DNA of 38,784 nucleotides from a virus (IMGVR_UViG_3300025288_001004:1-38784); one strand, 5' to 3'; shown: positions 14,749 through 24,009, numbered from the stretch's first letter. The notes: a model not told the origin generated them from the sequence alone. A program made the numbers and translations.

Positions 14749-15135
14749 GTGAGCTTGAGCCAAGAACCTACAGTAAACCTCCAAATTTCTTTCTCGGTTA
14801 ACCCTGAAGGGAAGATGCAATCCAGTCATCAACCGCAAACGGAAGAGGATCTGAAGGCGTTGCAGTCTATGCCTGGGGCGGGACAAGAGACCATGGCTTT
14901 TGCCATGCTACGGGAGGCTGTCCGTAGAGAGGCTAAGGTGGCCTGTCTGATCAACTTCTCTCAGGACCCGCACAAGTTGGTGCTCTACCAAGCCATGACC
15001 CCTGCTGCACAAGAAAAGTACGCGAAGGACATGGAGGAAAAACTCCAAAAGTACCTTGTAAAGATGATGGATAGGATGGCTCGTGTGGGCATAAGAGAAG
15101 CCCTCCAAGATTTTCGGGAGATACCCTCGGTATAA
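14749..15135 (+). CDS. Hypothetical protein, 128 aa
   Basis: ORF with GAGGAG near the start; helical; no recognised motif. Confidence 0.7.
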   Translation: MSLSQEPTVNLQISFSVNPEGKMQSSHQPQTEEDLKALQSMPGAGQETMAFAMLREAVRREAKVACLINFSQDPHKLVLYQAMTPAAQEKYAKDMEEKLQKYLVKMMDRMARVGIREALQDFREIPSV

Positions 15136-15176
15136 GACACGGACTGTTTGGGGTACCTATCGTTACTGGAGAGGTT

Positions 15177-15404
15177 ATGCTACGGAACTTTTACCCAATG
15201 TTGGAACAAATCATCACCCTTTGCTGGGACACCCGACAAAGATCCGCTGGATCTCTAGCAGTGGATGCACACCAAAATGGGTGGAGCCCAGAGCAGTCAA
15301 TTCGAGAGGGGTACGCCGCTGGGTATTTTGACGCCCTTTCGGACATGGCCTCCCACAACGCACTACACTGTCCAACGGTTGTTGGACAAGACGCACAAGC
15401 ATAA
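15177..15404 (+). CDS. Hypothetical protein, 75 aa
   Basis: GGAGAGG SD plus ATG; GY.AGY.DA motif. Confidence 0.65.
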   Translation: MLRNFYPMLEQIITLCWDTRQRSAGSLAVDAHQNGWSPEQSIREGYAAGYFDALSDMASHNALHCPTVVGQDAQA

Positions 15405-15432
15405 CACCTTGGTATGGGGCGTTCTCCGAAAC

Positions 15433-16176
15433 TTAGGCAGCCTGTGTCTTTCGTAGCTTGAACTCATGCCGGGCCTTATTGCACCGGCATTCTGTGCTGC
15501 AGTACTTTCGCTTTGGTAGAGCAAGCTTGCGGCACTGCTCCCATTCGCACTTGCCCTCATAATTTTCAGGTATTTCCACCTCTACAATATTGCTGTCCAC
15601 AATGGCTTGATCGATAAGGGCATGGATCTTAGCATCCATGGGGCGGAAATTATTCTCCACTCGGTCCTCAATTTCTGCGTGCTTCTTGCGCATCAAATCT
15701 AGAACTCGGACAACGGTGTTGTAATCCGTTGTCCCCTGCACCCTTTGGTTGTAGGTTTCCTGAAGCGCGTACATCTCACGCACTTGGCTGTAGGTCACCT
15801 CTAGGTGATTAGTCTTAGCTTTGCACTCCGCATTGTGCTTTACAGCTACAGCACGATTACGACCACGGGTATAGCGCACCTGATGGGTGGCAGAGTCTAA
15901 CAGGGTCTTTGAAAGACCCTGGACAGTCTGGGCTTGTTGCTGGGCAAAGATCAAATGAGACTGAGGGTTTTCCTGCACATGGTTGGAGTGTGCAGCCTCC
16001 CATTCGGCCATCTGACGCTCCCGCTCTTCCAAGATACTCTTCTCCCCATACATCACCTTGCCACAACGAATGCAGTGCAGGGTGAGCCCTCCATCGTGGA
16101 CCCCGGACCAAAGACGAACTGTGGTCGTTTCGATGTTGGGGGACTTACACTTGGGGCATGTCATCTTGAAGTCCAA
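15433..16176 (-). CDS. Zinc-finger protein (N-terminal Zn ribbon, coiled coil, C-terminal YCS..C finger)
   Basis: AGGAGG SD; CPKC...CIRC; CEWEQC...KYCSTECR. Confidence 0.75.
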   Translation of the reverse strand: MDFKMTCPKCKSPNIETTTVRLWSGVHDGGLTLHCIRCGKVMYGEKSILEERERQMAEWEAAHSNHVQENPQSHLIFAQQQAQTVQGLSKTLLDSATHQVRYTRGRNRAVAVKHNAECKAKTNHLEVTYSQVREMYALQETYNQRVQGTTDYNTVVRVLDLMRKKHAEIEDRVENNFRPMDAKIHALIDQAIVDSNIVEVEIPENYEGKCEWEQCRKLALPKRKYCSTECRCNKARHEFKLRKTQAA

Positions 16177-16241
16177 GAGGACCTCCTGTAGTTGGTATTC
16201 AGCCTATGATAAACAACGGGTAGATATCCTAAGGAAGGGCC

Positions 16242-17594
16242 ATGAGCAAGAAGGTTGCACAAGCCAATCTCCAACCTGTGCGTCAACGCACCCAATATTC
16301 GTGCATGGCTTCCTCCATGTCAATGGCCCTCAACGCTTTGGGGTTTGCTACGACAGAGGATGTGGTCAACGAGACTATGGGTGCCCGCCCAATGAAAGGA
16401 GCTGCATGGGAGTCCGTGTTGGCGTGTGCTCAACACTTTGGAGCAAGGGCCACCCTTACTGTCCCTGCAACCATCCAGCAGCTGAAGGGTTGGACTGATG
16501 CAGGAACACCTGTCATGATCGCGTGGAACCCTGAGGGCAGGGAGTGGAGCCATGCTTCGGTTGTCTTTGATGTAGTGCGAGGGCCGATTGAGCAACAAGC
16601 TTCCCATGAGGTGCTACCCGATGGTGGTTTCCAACGTGGTGGCTTCTATGTCTATGTGGCCGATCCCAATATCCCCAACCCAGAGAAGACCGTCCGAGTC
16701 GTCCACGAAGACGACTTTTACTCCAAGTGGTATGAGAAGTGGCCTTCATATCTTGTGCGCCGCCCCGCTTGTGCCCTAGAGCGTGAGATCACACCCGAAG
16801 GCAAGCAGGTTATGGCATCCTTGGTTTCAAGGGTGGCCTCTTCCCACATGGCCTCCGAAGTCTTTGTTGACCAATCTGGAAATGCCCATGACGCCGAAGG
16901 CAACACCTGGTATGTTGGGCCGCAATGGCAGGGGCACTACTTTGGGACTAGGGAGATCATGAAGCTCCCCAAGCCGCCTATGCCACCAAGATCCACTCCT
17001 CGCCCCAAGGAGGTCGAACCTTGGAGAATGGATAGGCTAGGGCTTGCACTAGCTATTGCGGGTGACCATGTGGCTCTTAGTTTTGTGCGCAAGAATATAG
17101 CGTCTAACCTGTCCGAGAAACAAATGGCTTGGGTTGAGGGGTTGGAACGCAAGTATGCTAGCATCCTTCGCCAACTGCCTGAAGACCCCCCCACCCACCT
17201 CTCCCCGCGAGGCGGGATCTCCTTGCTTTTGAATAAGGCACACCCACAAGACATAACCAAGCTGAGCAGGTTCTTTGACTTTGGTCCTGAAGACCGAGGC
17301 CAACGACCCATGGGTGTCAAGGGTGACCCCAACTTCCCTTGGCCCTCCGCAAAACAGGAAGCCCCTGTAGGACCAACATTGGGTCCAGGACGCATCGGTT
17401 TTGACAACTACCAGATCCAAAAGATGGCCCCAATCCTCAAGAGTCTCTATGAAGCGACTGGGTCCAGCATCTTCAACAGCTTCCTGCGGGATCTGACCGC
17501 AAGGAAGGGACTCACTGAAAAGCAACTCATGGTAGTTGTCCGTGAACTTTCTCGCAAGGGGCTTCGGGAAGAAGCCCAATTGTTCCAGCCTTAA
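16242..17594 (+). CDS. Papain-like (peptidase C39-like) cysteine protease domain fused to C-terminal modules
   Basis: Q-x5-C (QRTQYSC), WSHASVV His, YVADPN Asp triad; linker VMASLVSRVASSHMAS; two internal L(S/T)EKQ repeats. Confidence 0.75.
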   Translation: MSKKVAQANLQPVRQRTQYSCMASSMSMALNALGFATTEDVVNETMGARPMKGAAWESVLACAQHFGARATLTVPATIQQLKGWTDAGTPVMIAWNPEGREWSHASVVFDVVRGPIEQQASHEVLPDGGFQRGGFYVYVADPNIPNPEKTVRVVHEDDFYSKWYEKWPSYLVRRPACALEREITPEGKQVMASLVSRVASSHMASEVFVDQSGNAHDAEGNTWYVGPQWQGHYFGTREIMKLPKPPMPPRSTPRPKEVEPWRMDRLGLALAIAGDHVALSFVRKNIASNLSEKQMAWVEGLERKYASILRQLPEDPPTHLSPRGGISLLLNKAHPQDITKLSRFFDFGPEDRGQRPMGVKGDPNFPWPSAKQEAPVGPTLGPGRIGFDNYQIQKMAPILKSLYEATGSSIFNSFLRDLTARKGLTEKQLMVVVRELSRKGLREEAQLFQP

Positions 17595-17604
17595 GGAGAC
17601 ACCC

Positions 17605-19095
17605 ATGTCTGAAAAGCTATCCGTAGAAGACTACACCAACATGATCAATGCCAAGTTCCACAAGGACAAGCATATGACCGTGGACGAGGTGTCCGAAGTC
17701 GTAGGCCCAGAGTTCAAGGAAATGAACGAGAACCCTCCCAAAGAGGTGACGGATCTCAGGGATGAGATGCAGGGCAAGGTTGCAAAGTTCCCTAAGGGCG
17801 TGTCTATGACTGTAGACGAGGTGGCTGAGGTCGTAGGTCCCGAGTTCAAGGAAATGAACGAAAACCCACCTAAAGAGGTGACGGATCTCCGGGATGAGAT
17901 GCAGAGCAAGGTTGCTGCAGCCCCTGGAAAGACACAGGCCACTATTCTGGCGTATATGGAGGATGCCAAGAAAGCAGCCCTCACGGATATGGCTCGCCAC
18001 CCTATGTTCCGAGGGGTGCCTTTCCAGGATATCGAGCGGTCGGCGGAGGTTCTGGCCAAGAAAGGCCTGATCACTCTTTCGGATGACCCTTCTAGGGGCA
18101 CTCTACTCCGCATGGCTGCAGGAGGGTTGTACGGGCACACCAAGCAGACCCAATCGGATGTGGAGGCTAGTGTACGCAAGGCCCAGAAGAAGGCCTTGCA
18201 AATTGCCAAGGTGGCCTACCGCAAGGATGAGCGTGTGGCAGCCTTCCTCCAAACCCATGCCAAGCGTGCCAATTCAGACACAGCGAAGATCCTTGTGAGC
18301 GCACTGAAGCAGGTCGGGCCTCGTGTGGCTTCAGACAACCAGACTGCATCCGTCGTGGAATTGGACAAGGCAGCACTTGCCTTCCGGAAAATCCGTGAGT
18401 TGCTCAAGCATGAAACAGGGCATGCAACCCTAGCCTTTGTCAAGGCTCTTGACAAAGAGCCTTCTCACTACTTGGGTCGAGAATTCAACCACCTCATGGT
18501 TCAACTCTTCACCATGGAAGAGGAAATCGGTGAAGATAGCCCCATCGCGAAGAGGATCCAGAAGCTGTGGCTGGACTTCATGGACTACAGGTCGGCATCT
18601 CAGCTTGAGGCCAAGAAGGGGGTCCAGATCAAGGTCAACGACAAGGTAGTCGTTGGTGTTAAGAACGGGAAGTTCTATGTTATTGTCCAGGGAATGATGA
18701 CAACCTTTGATTCCAAGACACGCTTCATCTATGCTCTGAAAAACGAATTCAAAATTCCTTCCCATGAAGTCGAAGACTTGGTATCTCGTCTAGTCGTTGG
18801 GAAGACCGCCAAGGTTGTGGATGCTGGCTTTGGACTCTATGGCCACTCCGCCAAGGTAGCTTCGCTAGGGCTAGCGGCCTGTGCAGAGATTCGGTCGGAA
18901 GTAGGCAAGGTGGCCTACGACCTTCACAGCCGTCGTAAGGCACAGTATGGCAACATCACCGGGTTCTTGAAGGAGCACTCCAAGACCGCTCGTTGTGGCT
19001 ACTCTAGGATGCTTCTGTCAGCCTACCCTGACTACACCCCTGAGTCACCCAAGACAGCATCCTCCGTTGAGGATTGGCTGTCTTGGGACGAGTAG
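17605..19095 (+). CDS. Modular polyprotein-like hypothetical protein (496 aa)
   Basis: TAAGGAG SD plus ATG; two 44-aa tandem repeats, two GLYGH-starting modules, modules ending in KVA/KVA/RMA/RVA/RSA/KTA/KTA. Confidence 0.8.
   Translation: MSEKLSVEDYTNMINAKFHKDKHMTVDEVSEVVGPEFKEMNENPPKEVTDLRDEMQGKVAKFPKGVSMTVDEVAEVVGPEFKEMNENPPKEVTDLRDEMQSKVAAAPGKTQATILAYMEDAKKAALTDMARHPMFRGVPFQDIERSAEVLAKKGLITLSDDPSRGTLLRMAAGGLYGHTKQTQSDVEASVRKAQKKALQIAKVAYRKDERVAAFLQTHAKRANSDTAKILVSALKQVGPRVASDNQTASVVELDKAALAFRKIRELLKHETGHATLAFVKALDKEPSHYLGREFNHLMVQLFTMEEEIGEDSPIAKRIQKLWLDFMDYRSASQLEAKKGVQIKVNDKVVVGVKNGKFYVIVQGMMTTFDSKTRFIYALKNEFKIPSHEVEDLVSRLVVGKTAKVVDAGFGLYGHSAKVASLGLAACAEIRSEVGKVAYDLHSRRKAQYGNITGFLKEHSKTARCGYSRMLLSAYPDYTPESPKTASSVEDWLSWDE
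17653..17916 (+). repeat. Two 132-bp (44-aa) tandem coding repeats
   Basis: KF.K...MTVDEV.EVVGPEFKEMNENPPKEVTDLRDEMQ.KVA x2, with synonymous differences between copies. Confidence 0.92.
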
Positions 19096-19099
19096 CCTA

Positions 19100-19282
19100 T
19101 CACTCAGAGATATTGATAGCATTCCACATGTACAGAGCATCGGCTAGAGAGATGCTCTGTACAAGAACCAGACCCTCCTCTTCACCAAAGAATTTGGCGA
19201 AGTAGTTTTCCATCCACGAAAGGATGTGATCCAAGCTCTCAAGCCGTGTGAGGGGGAGTTGGTTTTGCTTCATAGGATCCAT
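19100..19282 (-). CDS. Hypothetical protein, 60 aa
   Basis: TGATG overlap with the upstream gene. Confidence 0.5.
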   Translation of the reverse strand: MDPMKQNQLPLTRLESLDHILSWMENYFAKFFGEEEGLVLVQSISLADALYMWNAINISE

Positions 19283-20094
19283 CAGAGACCTCGCAAGTCA
19301 AAGCAGGTGATGTGGAAGGCACCCTTACCCACAACAATCTTTGCGGGGGATCCCCGCACAATCTTCTCCTTGCAGAATGCACACAGTCCCTCTGACGGGA
19401 GGGAAGCCATATCCACTACCTCCTCCTCTTCGGGGGGCTTGCTTTTGATCGCATCCAGAATCTGTGCGAGGGGATCCCTTTTCTCTTCGGGAAGTAGGGC
19501 ATCCGTGTGGGTGTTCCACAACATGATCTCCAAATCCCGAAGCTTTGACGCCTCTTGTGCGAGTAACACAGAGAACTGCTGAGCGCAGCTCACCTGCAAA
19601 GAGCACCCCGTGCATACCGTAGATCGGGGGGAATGGGAGCCAAAGCATGGGGTGGCCTGTGCTGCTAGGGCACAGATGTAACGGTCCTTGCTGTAGCTGT
19701 CAGTACCTACAGGGTTGCGCCAAGACACAGGGTCCGGGTCTTGTTCTTCTACACGGACCATAGATGCCTCTTCTGGTTGCGGGATGGGGAGGTTGAAAGC
19801 CTTGAGAGAAGACAAGCCGTCCTCCGTAAGGCACCACTTACCGCGCGAACCCTTTTGTGCAAGTCCCTGCTTACACAAAATCTTGTGGAAAGCTTGCTGG
19901 ATCCACAGACGGGTGTGGGGGATGTTGTATCCATCAACACCCCAATCCAATTCCCGATGCCCTGTGGCATCATATACCTCGAGGAGAGCCTCTTTCATCT
20001 CCACGGGCTCTGTTGAGCCTTGCGAGAGGATTCCGAGAGCCTTGAGCAAAGGCTCTCGGAAAAAGGAGGCAGTTGGGGTTGGTTTCGTGGTCAT
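19282..20094 (-). CDS. Mrr N-terminal-like winged-helix protein with Cys-rich Zn-binding segments
   Basis: PLLKAL...WIQQAF..L.KQGL...SRGKWCLTEDG resembles Mrr_N; CFG...CTGC....C and CAFC...HITC; no nuclease motif seen. Confidence 0.65.
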   Translation of the reverse strand: MTTKPTPTASFFREPLLKALGILSQGSTEPVEMKEALLEVYDATGHRELDWGVDGYNIPHTRLWIQQAFHKILCKQGLAQKGSRGKWCLTEDGLSSLKAFNLPIPQPEEASMVRVEEQDPDPVSWRNPVGTDSYSKDRYICALAAQATPCFGSHSPRSTVCTGCSLQVSCAQQFSVLLAQEASKLRDLEIMLWNTHTDALLPEEKRDPLAQILDAIKSKPPEEEEVVDMASLPSEGLCAFCKEKIVRGSPAKIVVGKGAFHITCFDLRGL

Positions 20095-20107
20095 TCGGGA
20101 TTCTCCT

Positions 20108-20138
20108 TGTAGCCTTAGTGCGACGTACTAAGGCTACA
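20108..20138. other. Intergenic stem-loop immediately 5' of an SD
   Basis: TGTAGCCTTAGT-N7-ACTAAGGCTACA with no U-tract; abuts the AGGAG of gene 19282..20094. Confidence 0.6.
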
Positions 20139-20139
20139 C

Positions 20140-20913
20140 CTAGCTGGCGAGCATCGCAGAGATGTGGGCGACCTGCGTGGAGTCGAGGGTCACGCCGTCC
20201 TTGGTGCTCGCTGCAGCCGCATCAGGGCCAACACGAAGGATGAAGTCTGCACCAGCCTCCAGACGGTAGCTGACGAGGCGACCGATGGGGAGGCGGTTGC
20301 TGTTCTTCGCAACCACATCTGCGCGGCTCTTGCTGGCAGGGATGGGGCCATTCACGGCGGTCTCAAGAACGGTCTCACCAATCTTGAGACCCATCAGGTT
20401 GATCTGGCCGGGCACTGCGGCCCTGGGGTCACCGGTGCAGTTGCGGCACTTGCACCCATGGTCAGGGTCATCCTTCACACACTTGTAGACCTTACACCCA
20501 CGGACCTCCTTGCCATCAACCACAAGGGGTTCGTAGACGTGGTCCGAAGTGGACTCGTTCTCACCCTCAAGGGTGAGGTTGAAGGACTTGTCGAGGTCTG
20601 CGATGGCGATGCAGACATCCGCAAGGCGGATGTCCTCTCCCTTGCCGTCCTTGATACCCTTGAGGGCGAACTCGGCCACCAAGGCTGCAGGGTCCATGCT
20701 CTGCAGCACCTGTCGGCTACGGTCCACCAGACCGTGGTACTTGAAGCCACCGAAGAGGACGACGTGGACCAGATCATCGCCGTAGCGCTTCTTATCTGCG
20801 CCACGGCCTGCCTCCTTGCCGACCTTGCGAATCACAAGACCCTGGAAGCGTCCAGGGTGGGCATTGGCGAGGAACATTGCTGTCATATCCGAGGTAGCGT
20901 TTGAGGTGTCCAT
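20140..20913 (-). CDS. Hypothetical protein, 257 aa
   Basis: TAAGGAG SD plus ATG; GC-rich third positions; C..CKCRNC cluster. Confidence 0.8.
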   Translation of the reverse strand: MDTSNATSDMTAMFLANAHPGRFQGLVIRKVGKEAGRGADKKRYGDDLVHVVLFGGFKYHGLVDRSRQVLQSMDPAALVAEFALKGIKDGKGEDIRLADVCIAIADLDKSFNLTLEGENESTSDHVYEPLVVDGKEVRGCKVYKCVKDDPDHGCKCRNCTGDPRAAVPGQINLMGLKIGETVLETAVNGPIPASKSRADVVAKNSNRLPIGRLVSYRLEAGADFILRVGPDAAAASTKDGVTLDSTQVAHISAMLAS

Positions 20914-20934
20914 TGGGTTTCTCCTTATTCCACC

Positions 20935-21747
20935 CTACAACGCACTCGGTTTTTGTCCTGAAACCCAAAGATGTTTGAAATGGGAGTAAAGTGCATCCCG
21001 AAGATCAGGCCTGTTCTCTAAAGCACCGAGAACACGAGACAATTCGGGACTTAGAGTGGAGGGTTTCTTGGGAAAAAAGAACTCCTCCTGTAGTTTCAGG
21101 TAGGCTGAGAGGGCTGGGTGATCTTCTTCTATATTTAGAAGACTGGTGCGGATCTCCCCTTCCTTCGCCCTATACATAGTCCACGATCCTGACTGGAATT
21201 GGCCACTGGCCACATCAGAGGGGCCATTTACAAGGGCATCGGTTCCTACGAAGCATACTCCATTGAGATGGATGGGCTCGGTAGTGCTTGACACAACCGC
21301 ATTGTCGACAATTTTGGCATAGTCGTCTGCATAGACAAAGCCAAATACCCTAGCCTGATCACACACCTGTACTTTGCCTCTCAAGACTGTCTCCAAGGTG
21401 ACCCCAAGCTGCCCAACTTTGGCATCACCCATCACCTCAACTTCCTCAAGAAGTTGAGCTGCCCCACACACTTGGGCTTGGTCAAAAACAGCGGAGTACC
21501 CGGATAACTTAACCTCCCCAGAAATGTGAGCTTGACCTGACACTTCGGCATGTCCAGAGATCTTTACAAGGTCTCCGATGACAGCCATATCCATGATACG
21601 GGCACCCCCAAAGACCTGCACTTTCTGTCCTAGGAAGACAGTGGATTCCACCATTGCCGTATCAGCAACCCAACCCCCGATAGACCCATCGGGGTTTTGA
21701 TGACGATGGGCAGGGACAGACCCTTGACCAAAGTTGTAGACTGTCAT
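20935..21747 (-). CDS. Left-handed beta-helix (hexapeptide repeat) protein
   Basis: GGWVA followed by repeated hexapeptides (VFGGAR, ISGHAE, VSGQAH, VFDQAQ, VMGDAK). Confidence 0.8.
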   Translation of the reverse strand: MTVYNFGQGSVPAHRHQNPDGSIGGWVADTAMVESTVFLGQKVQVFGGARIMDMAVIGDLVKISGHAEVSGQAHISGEVKLSGYSAVFDQAQVCGAAQLLEEVEVMGDAKVGQLGVTLETVLRGKVQVCDQARVFGFVYADDYAKIVDNAVVSSTTEPIHLNGVCFVGTDALVNGPSDVASGQFQSGSWTMYRAKEGEIRTSLLNIEEDHPALSAYLKLQEEFFFPKKPSTLSPELSRVLGALENRPDLRDALYSHFKHLWVSGQKPSAL

Positions 21748-22841
21748 GCCTGGGCACCGCTGAGGAAAACCTCTAGAGGCGAAGACACCCTGGCATACTT
21801 CAGCTGCTCTACACCCTTGGTAGATAGGCGATAGGGATGGTTGCTATCCGGATTCAATTGTCCGGACTCTCCCAAGTTCTTCAGGAGGGTTTGCACTGGG
21901 GTTGAGACCTCCACCGAAGACTCTAGATCACCCAAGCTTGCTGTTGGGTGGTGGAGCAAATACTCCTGCACCACCAGAGTGTCATTTATTTCCGTCCTGA
22001 GGCCCCTCAGGGCCGTCCTAGCCTTCGTCAGGTAACTTGAGGCGTGAGCGTAGCTAACGCCCTCCAGAGCCGCTACAGACGAAATGCTGCGCTCTTCAAC
22101 CAAGTACCCAAAATACTTGGAGAACTGGTTGGCCCCGACAGCCTTACGGGACCGCATAGCCTGCTCAACCTTCTCCAAGCCTTTCTGGAGATGGAGATCT
22201 GCATCAGGCAGAGGGAGGGTGTCTTCCACATCAAGGGTGACTCCCATGTCCTCCTCTACAAAGGACTTGTGAACTCCCACCCAATCAGGAGCATTGATCG
22301 CAGAAGGGGCTCCCAAAGAACGTTCCCTTTCAGACAGGGCACCATTGAAGGAGCGCATGTGGCCATCCTTGCCCCGATTGCGAATGGTCGAAAAGATCGA
22401 CCGAATGCACCAGCTCTTCAAGACACTCAAGGACAGATGAAGTCCTTCAGCTAAGGACTTCCTGAAGGAATCACGAGCGATAACGCGTGCCAGGAAATTG
22501 TGGACGTGATCCACAATTTCCCCGCGCTGAGCTTCCAAGAACACACTAGGGTGTTTGGATACCGCTGAGATCAAACGGTTGTACAGATTGTGATGCTGCA
22601 TTTGTCCTTCAAGCCAAATGCTCGACACGTTACGGCCTGAAACCCGTAGGACAACCGACCGTTGAATACCTTGAGGAGTCAGACCACAACACCCCTTGGC
22701 ATCTCGGATGAACCACTGTGGGTGGGCGTGAACTGTCAAGTGGTCAGTCTTGGACACAGGGAAGCAAACACCTTGTCGATACTGAGTCCGTTCACCCAAT
22801 TTGTGGATAAGGCTGTCGCAAGGGGAAAGACCTTCAAGCAT
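21744..22841 (-). CDS. Divergent sigma70/ECF-like factor with extra terminal domains
   Basis: Region-2-like (EIVDHVHNFL...LKSWCIRSIFSTIRNRGKD) and region-4-like HTH (SISSVAALEGVSYAHASSYLTKARTALR). Confidence 0.55.
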   Translation of the reverse strand: MLEGLSPCDSLIHKLGERTQYRQGVCFPVSKTDHLTVHAHPQWFIRDAKGCCGLTPQGIQRSVVLRVSGRNVSSIWLEGQMQHHNLYNRLISAVSKHPSVFLEAQRGEIVDHVHNFLARVIARDSFRKSLAEGLHLSLSVLKSWCIRSIFSTIRNRGKDGHMRSFNGALSERERSLGAPSAINAPDWVGVHKSFVEEDMGVTLDVEDTLPLPDADLHLQKGLEKVEQAMRSRKAVGANQFSKYFGYLVEERSISSVAALEGVSYAHASSYLTKARTALRGLRTEINDTLVVQEYLLHHPTASLGDLESSVEVSTPVQTLLKNLGESGQLNPDSNHPYRLSTKGVEQLKYARVSSPLEVFLSGAQA

Positions 22842-23054
22842 CAGGACTCCTGTACGCCAAAAACCTCCCTAAGATTGGAAGTTACTCTTGGCTATGTCTT
22901 TTTTGGTGGGAGCCACTACAGAGGACATTGTGTAGGTCGAGGAAGTGGCGACAGGACAATACCTGAAGACCACTTCTCTGTCAAGGCAGATCTTGGCGTT
23001 GTTTATCTTATAGCCCAAGGAAAGGTGAAACCCAATCTTTGGAGAAAACCACCC

Positions 23055-23996
23055 ATGCTATCCATGCGTATCGCCAACATGCTCAAAGAAGCCAGCCCCG
23101 TCCTTATGGACATGTATGCTCGGGCTAGGATCCTTGAGTCCGCCAAGGGGATGCCTAAGTGGTCCCTTTCAAGGAACCCTCTTTCTTTGCTCCACGAAGG
23201 CCCTATGCTCTTCCCTGACGTGGATCCCCTATGGTTCATCAAGAAAGATCTAGGACTCGCCAGCGAGGTCTTGAGGGCAGCCAATAAGATCTTGGGGGCA
23301 GTCTCCTCAGGGGAAGCCTCAGGGGAAGAGATCGCTCAGAACATGGCAGCCGGTTTGGCCAATTCTGGGGAAGAGCGTTCCGACATCTATGGTGATGTGG
23401 GTAAGGCCAAGGGTGCAGGGATCCTCAATGGCTCTGTCTCCCCTAAGGATGTCAAAGGAGCCCTCTCCGTTCTAGCTAAGAACAGAGCCATTGATGTGTG
23501 GCGTAAGACTCTACGCCACAAGAAAGAACGGGAGAAGAATTACCCTTCCCTAGCTCAACCAGGTGAGCTTTCGGATGTGCCAGCTCAGGTGGATGTAGAC
23601 AGAAGTCCAGCTGACGTTCTGATGTCTTTGCTATCAGGCCCTAAGGGGAATGAACTCCGCAACTGGATCTACAAGACCGTTGAGCAAAAGGGTTCACCCA
23701 TTCAGCTTGCTGTCTTTGAAGCCGAGTTGAACCTCATGCAGAAGTCTCACAAGGACCCTGCAGCTAGGGATCTTGTGGATGAAGTAGCTAGACTAACAGG
23801 GGGGCCACCAATCTCTCTCACCGCCATCAACAAGCATCGTAGGAATGTGAAGGAACTTCTACAGCACGAACTGAAGAAGAACCCTAAGGTCCTGGACTGG
23901 ATGGACAGGTATATGGACCTTGCTCAACTAGGCTATGGTGGTGGCCAGCTCAGGATGGCTTCTAGGATTGCAGATCGCTTCCTTTCGGGTAGATAG
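23055..23996 (+). CDS. ECF sigma-factor-like protein flanked by [K/R]-x-A motifs
   Basis: GGAG SD; GEEIAQN...LAKNRAIDVWRK region-2 motif; ISLTAINKHRRNVKELL region-4-like; N-terminus MRIANMLKEAS, C-terminus RMASRIADRFL. Confidence 0.6.
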   Translation: MLSMRIANMLKEASPVLMDMYARARILESAKGMPKWSLSRNPLSLLHEGPMLFPDVDPLWFIKKDLGLASEVLRAANKILGAVSSGEASGEEIAQNMAAGLANSGEERSDIYGDVGKAKGAGILNGSVSPKDVKGALSVLAKNRAIDVWRKTLRHKKEREKNYPSLAQPGELSDVPAQVDVDRSPADVLMSLLSGPKGNELRNWIYKTVEQKGSPIQLAVFEAELNLMQKSHKDPAARDLVDEVARLTGGPPISLTAINKHRRNVKELLQHELKKNPKVLDWMDRYMDLAQLGYGGGQLRMASRIADRFLSGR

Positions 23997-24009
23997 TTTC
24001 ATCTAGGGG

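Noticed and set aside
22662-23054. 131-aa N-terminal extension of the sigma-like ORF
   Set aside because: It overlaps the divergent gene's 5' end and the intergenic region; an SD-supported ATG lies at 23055
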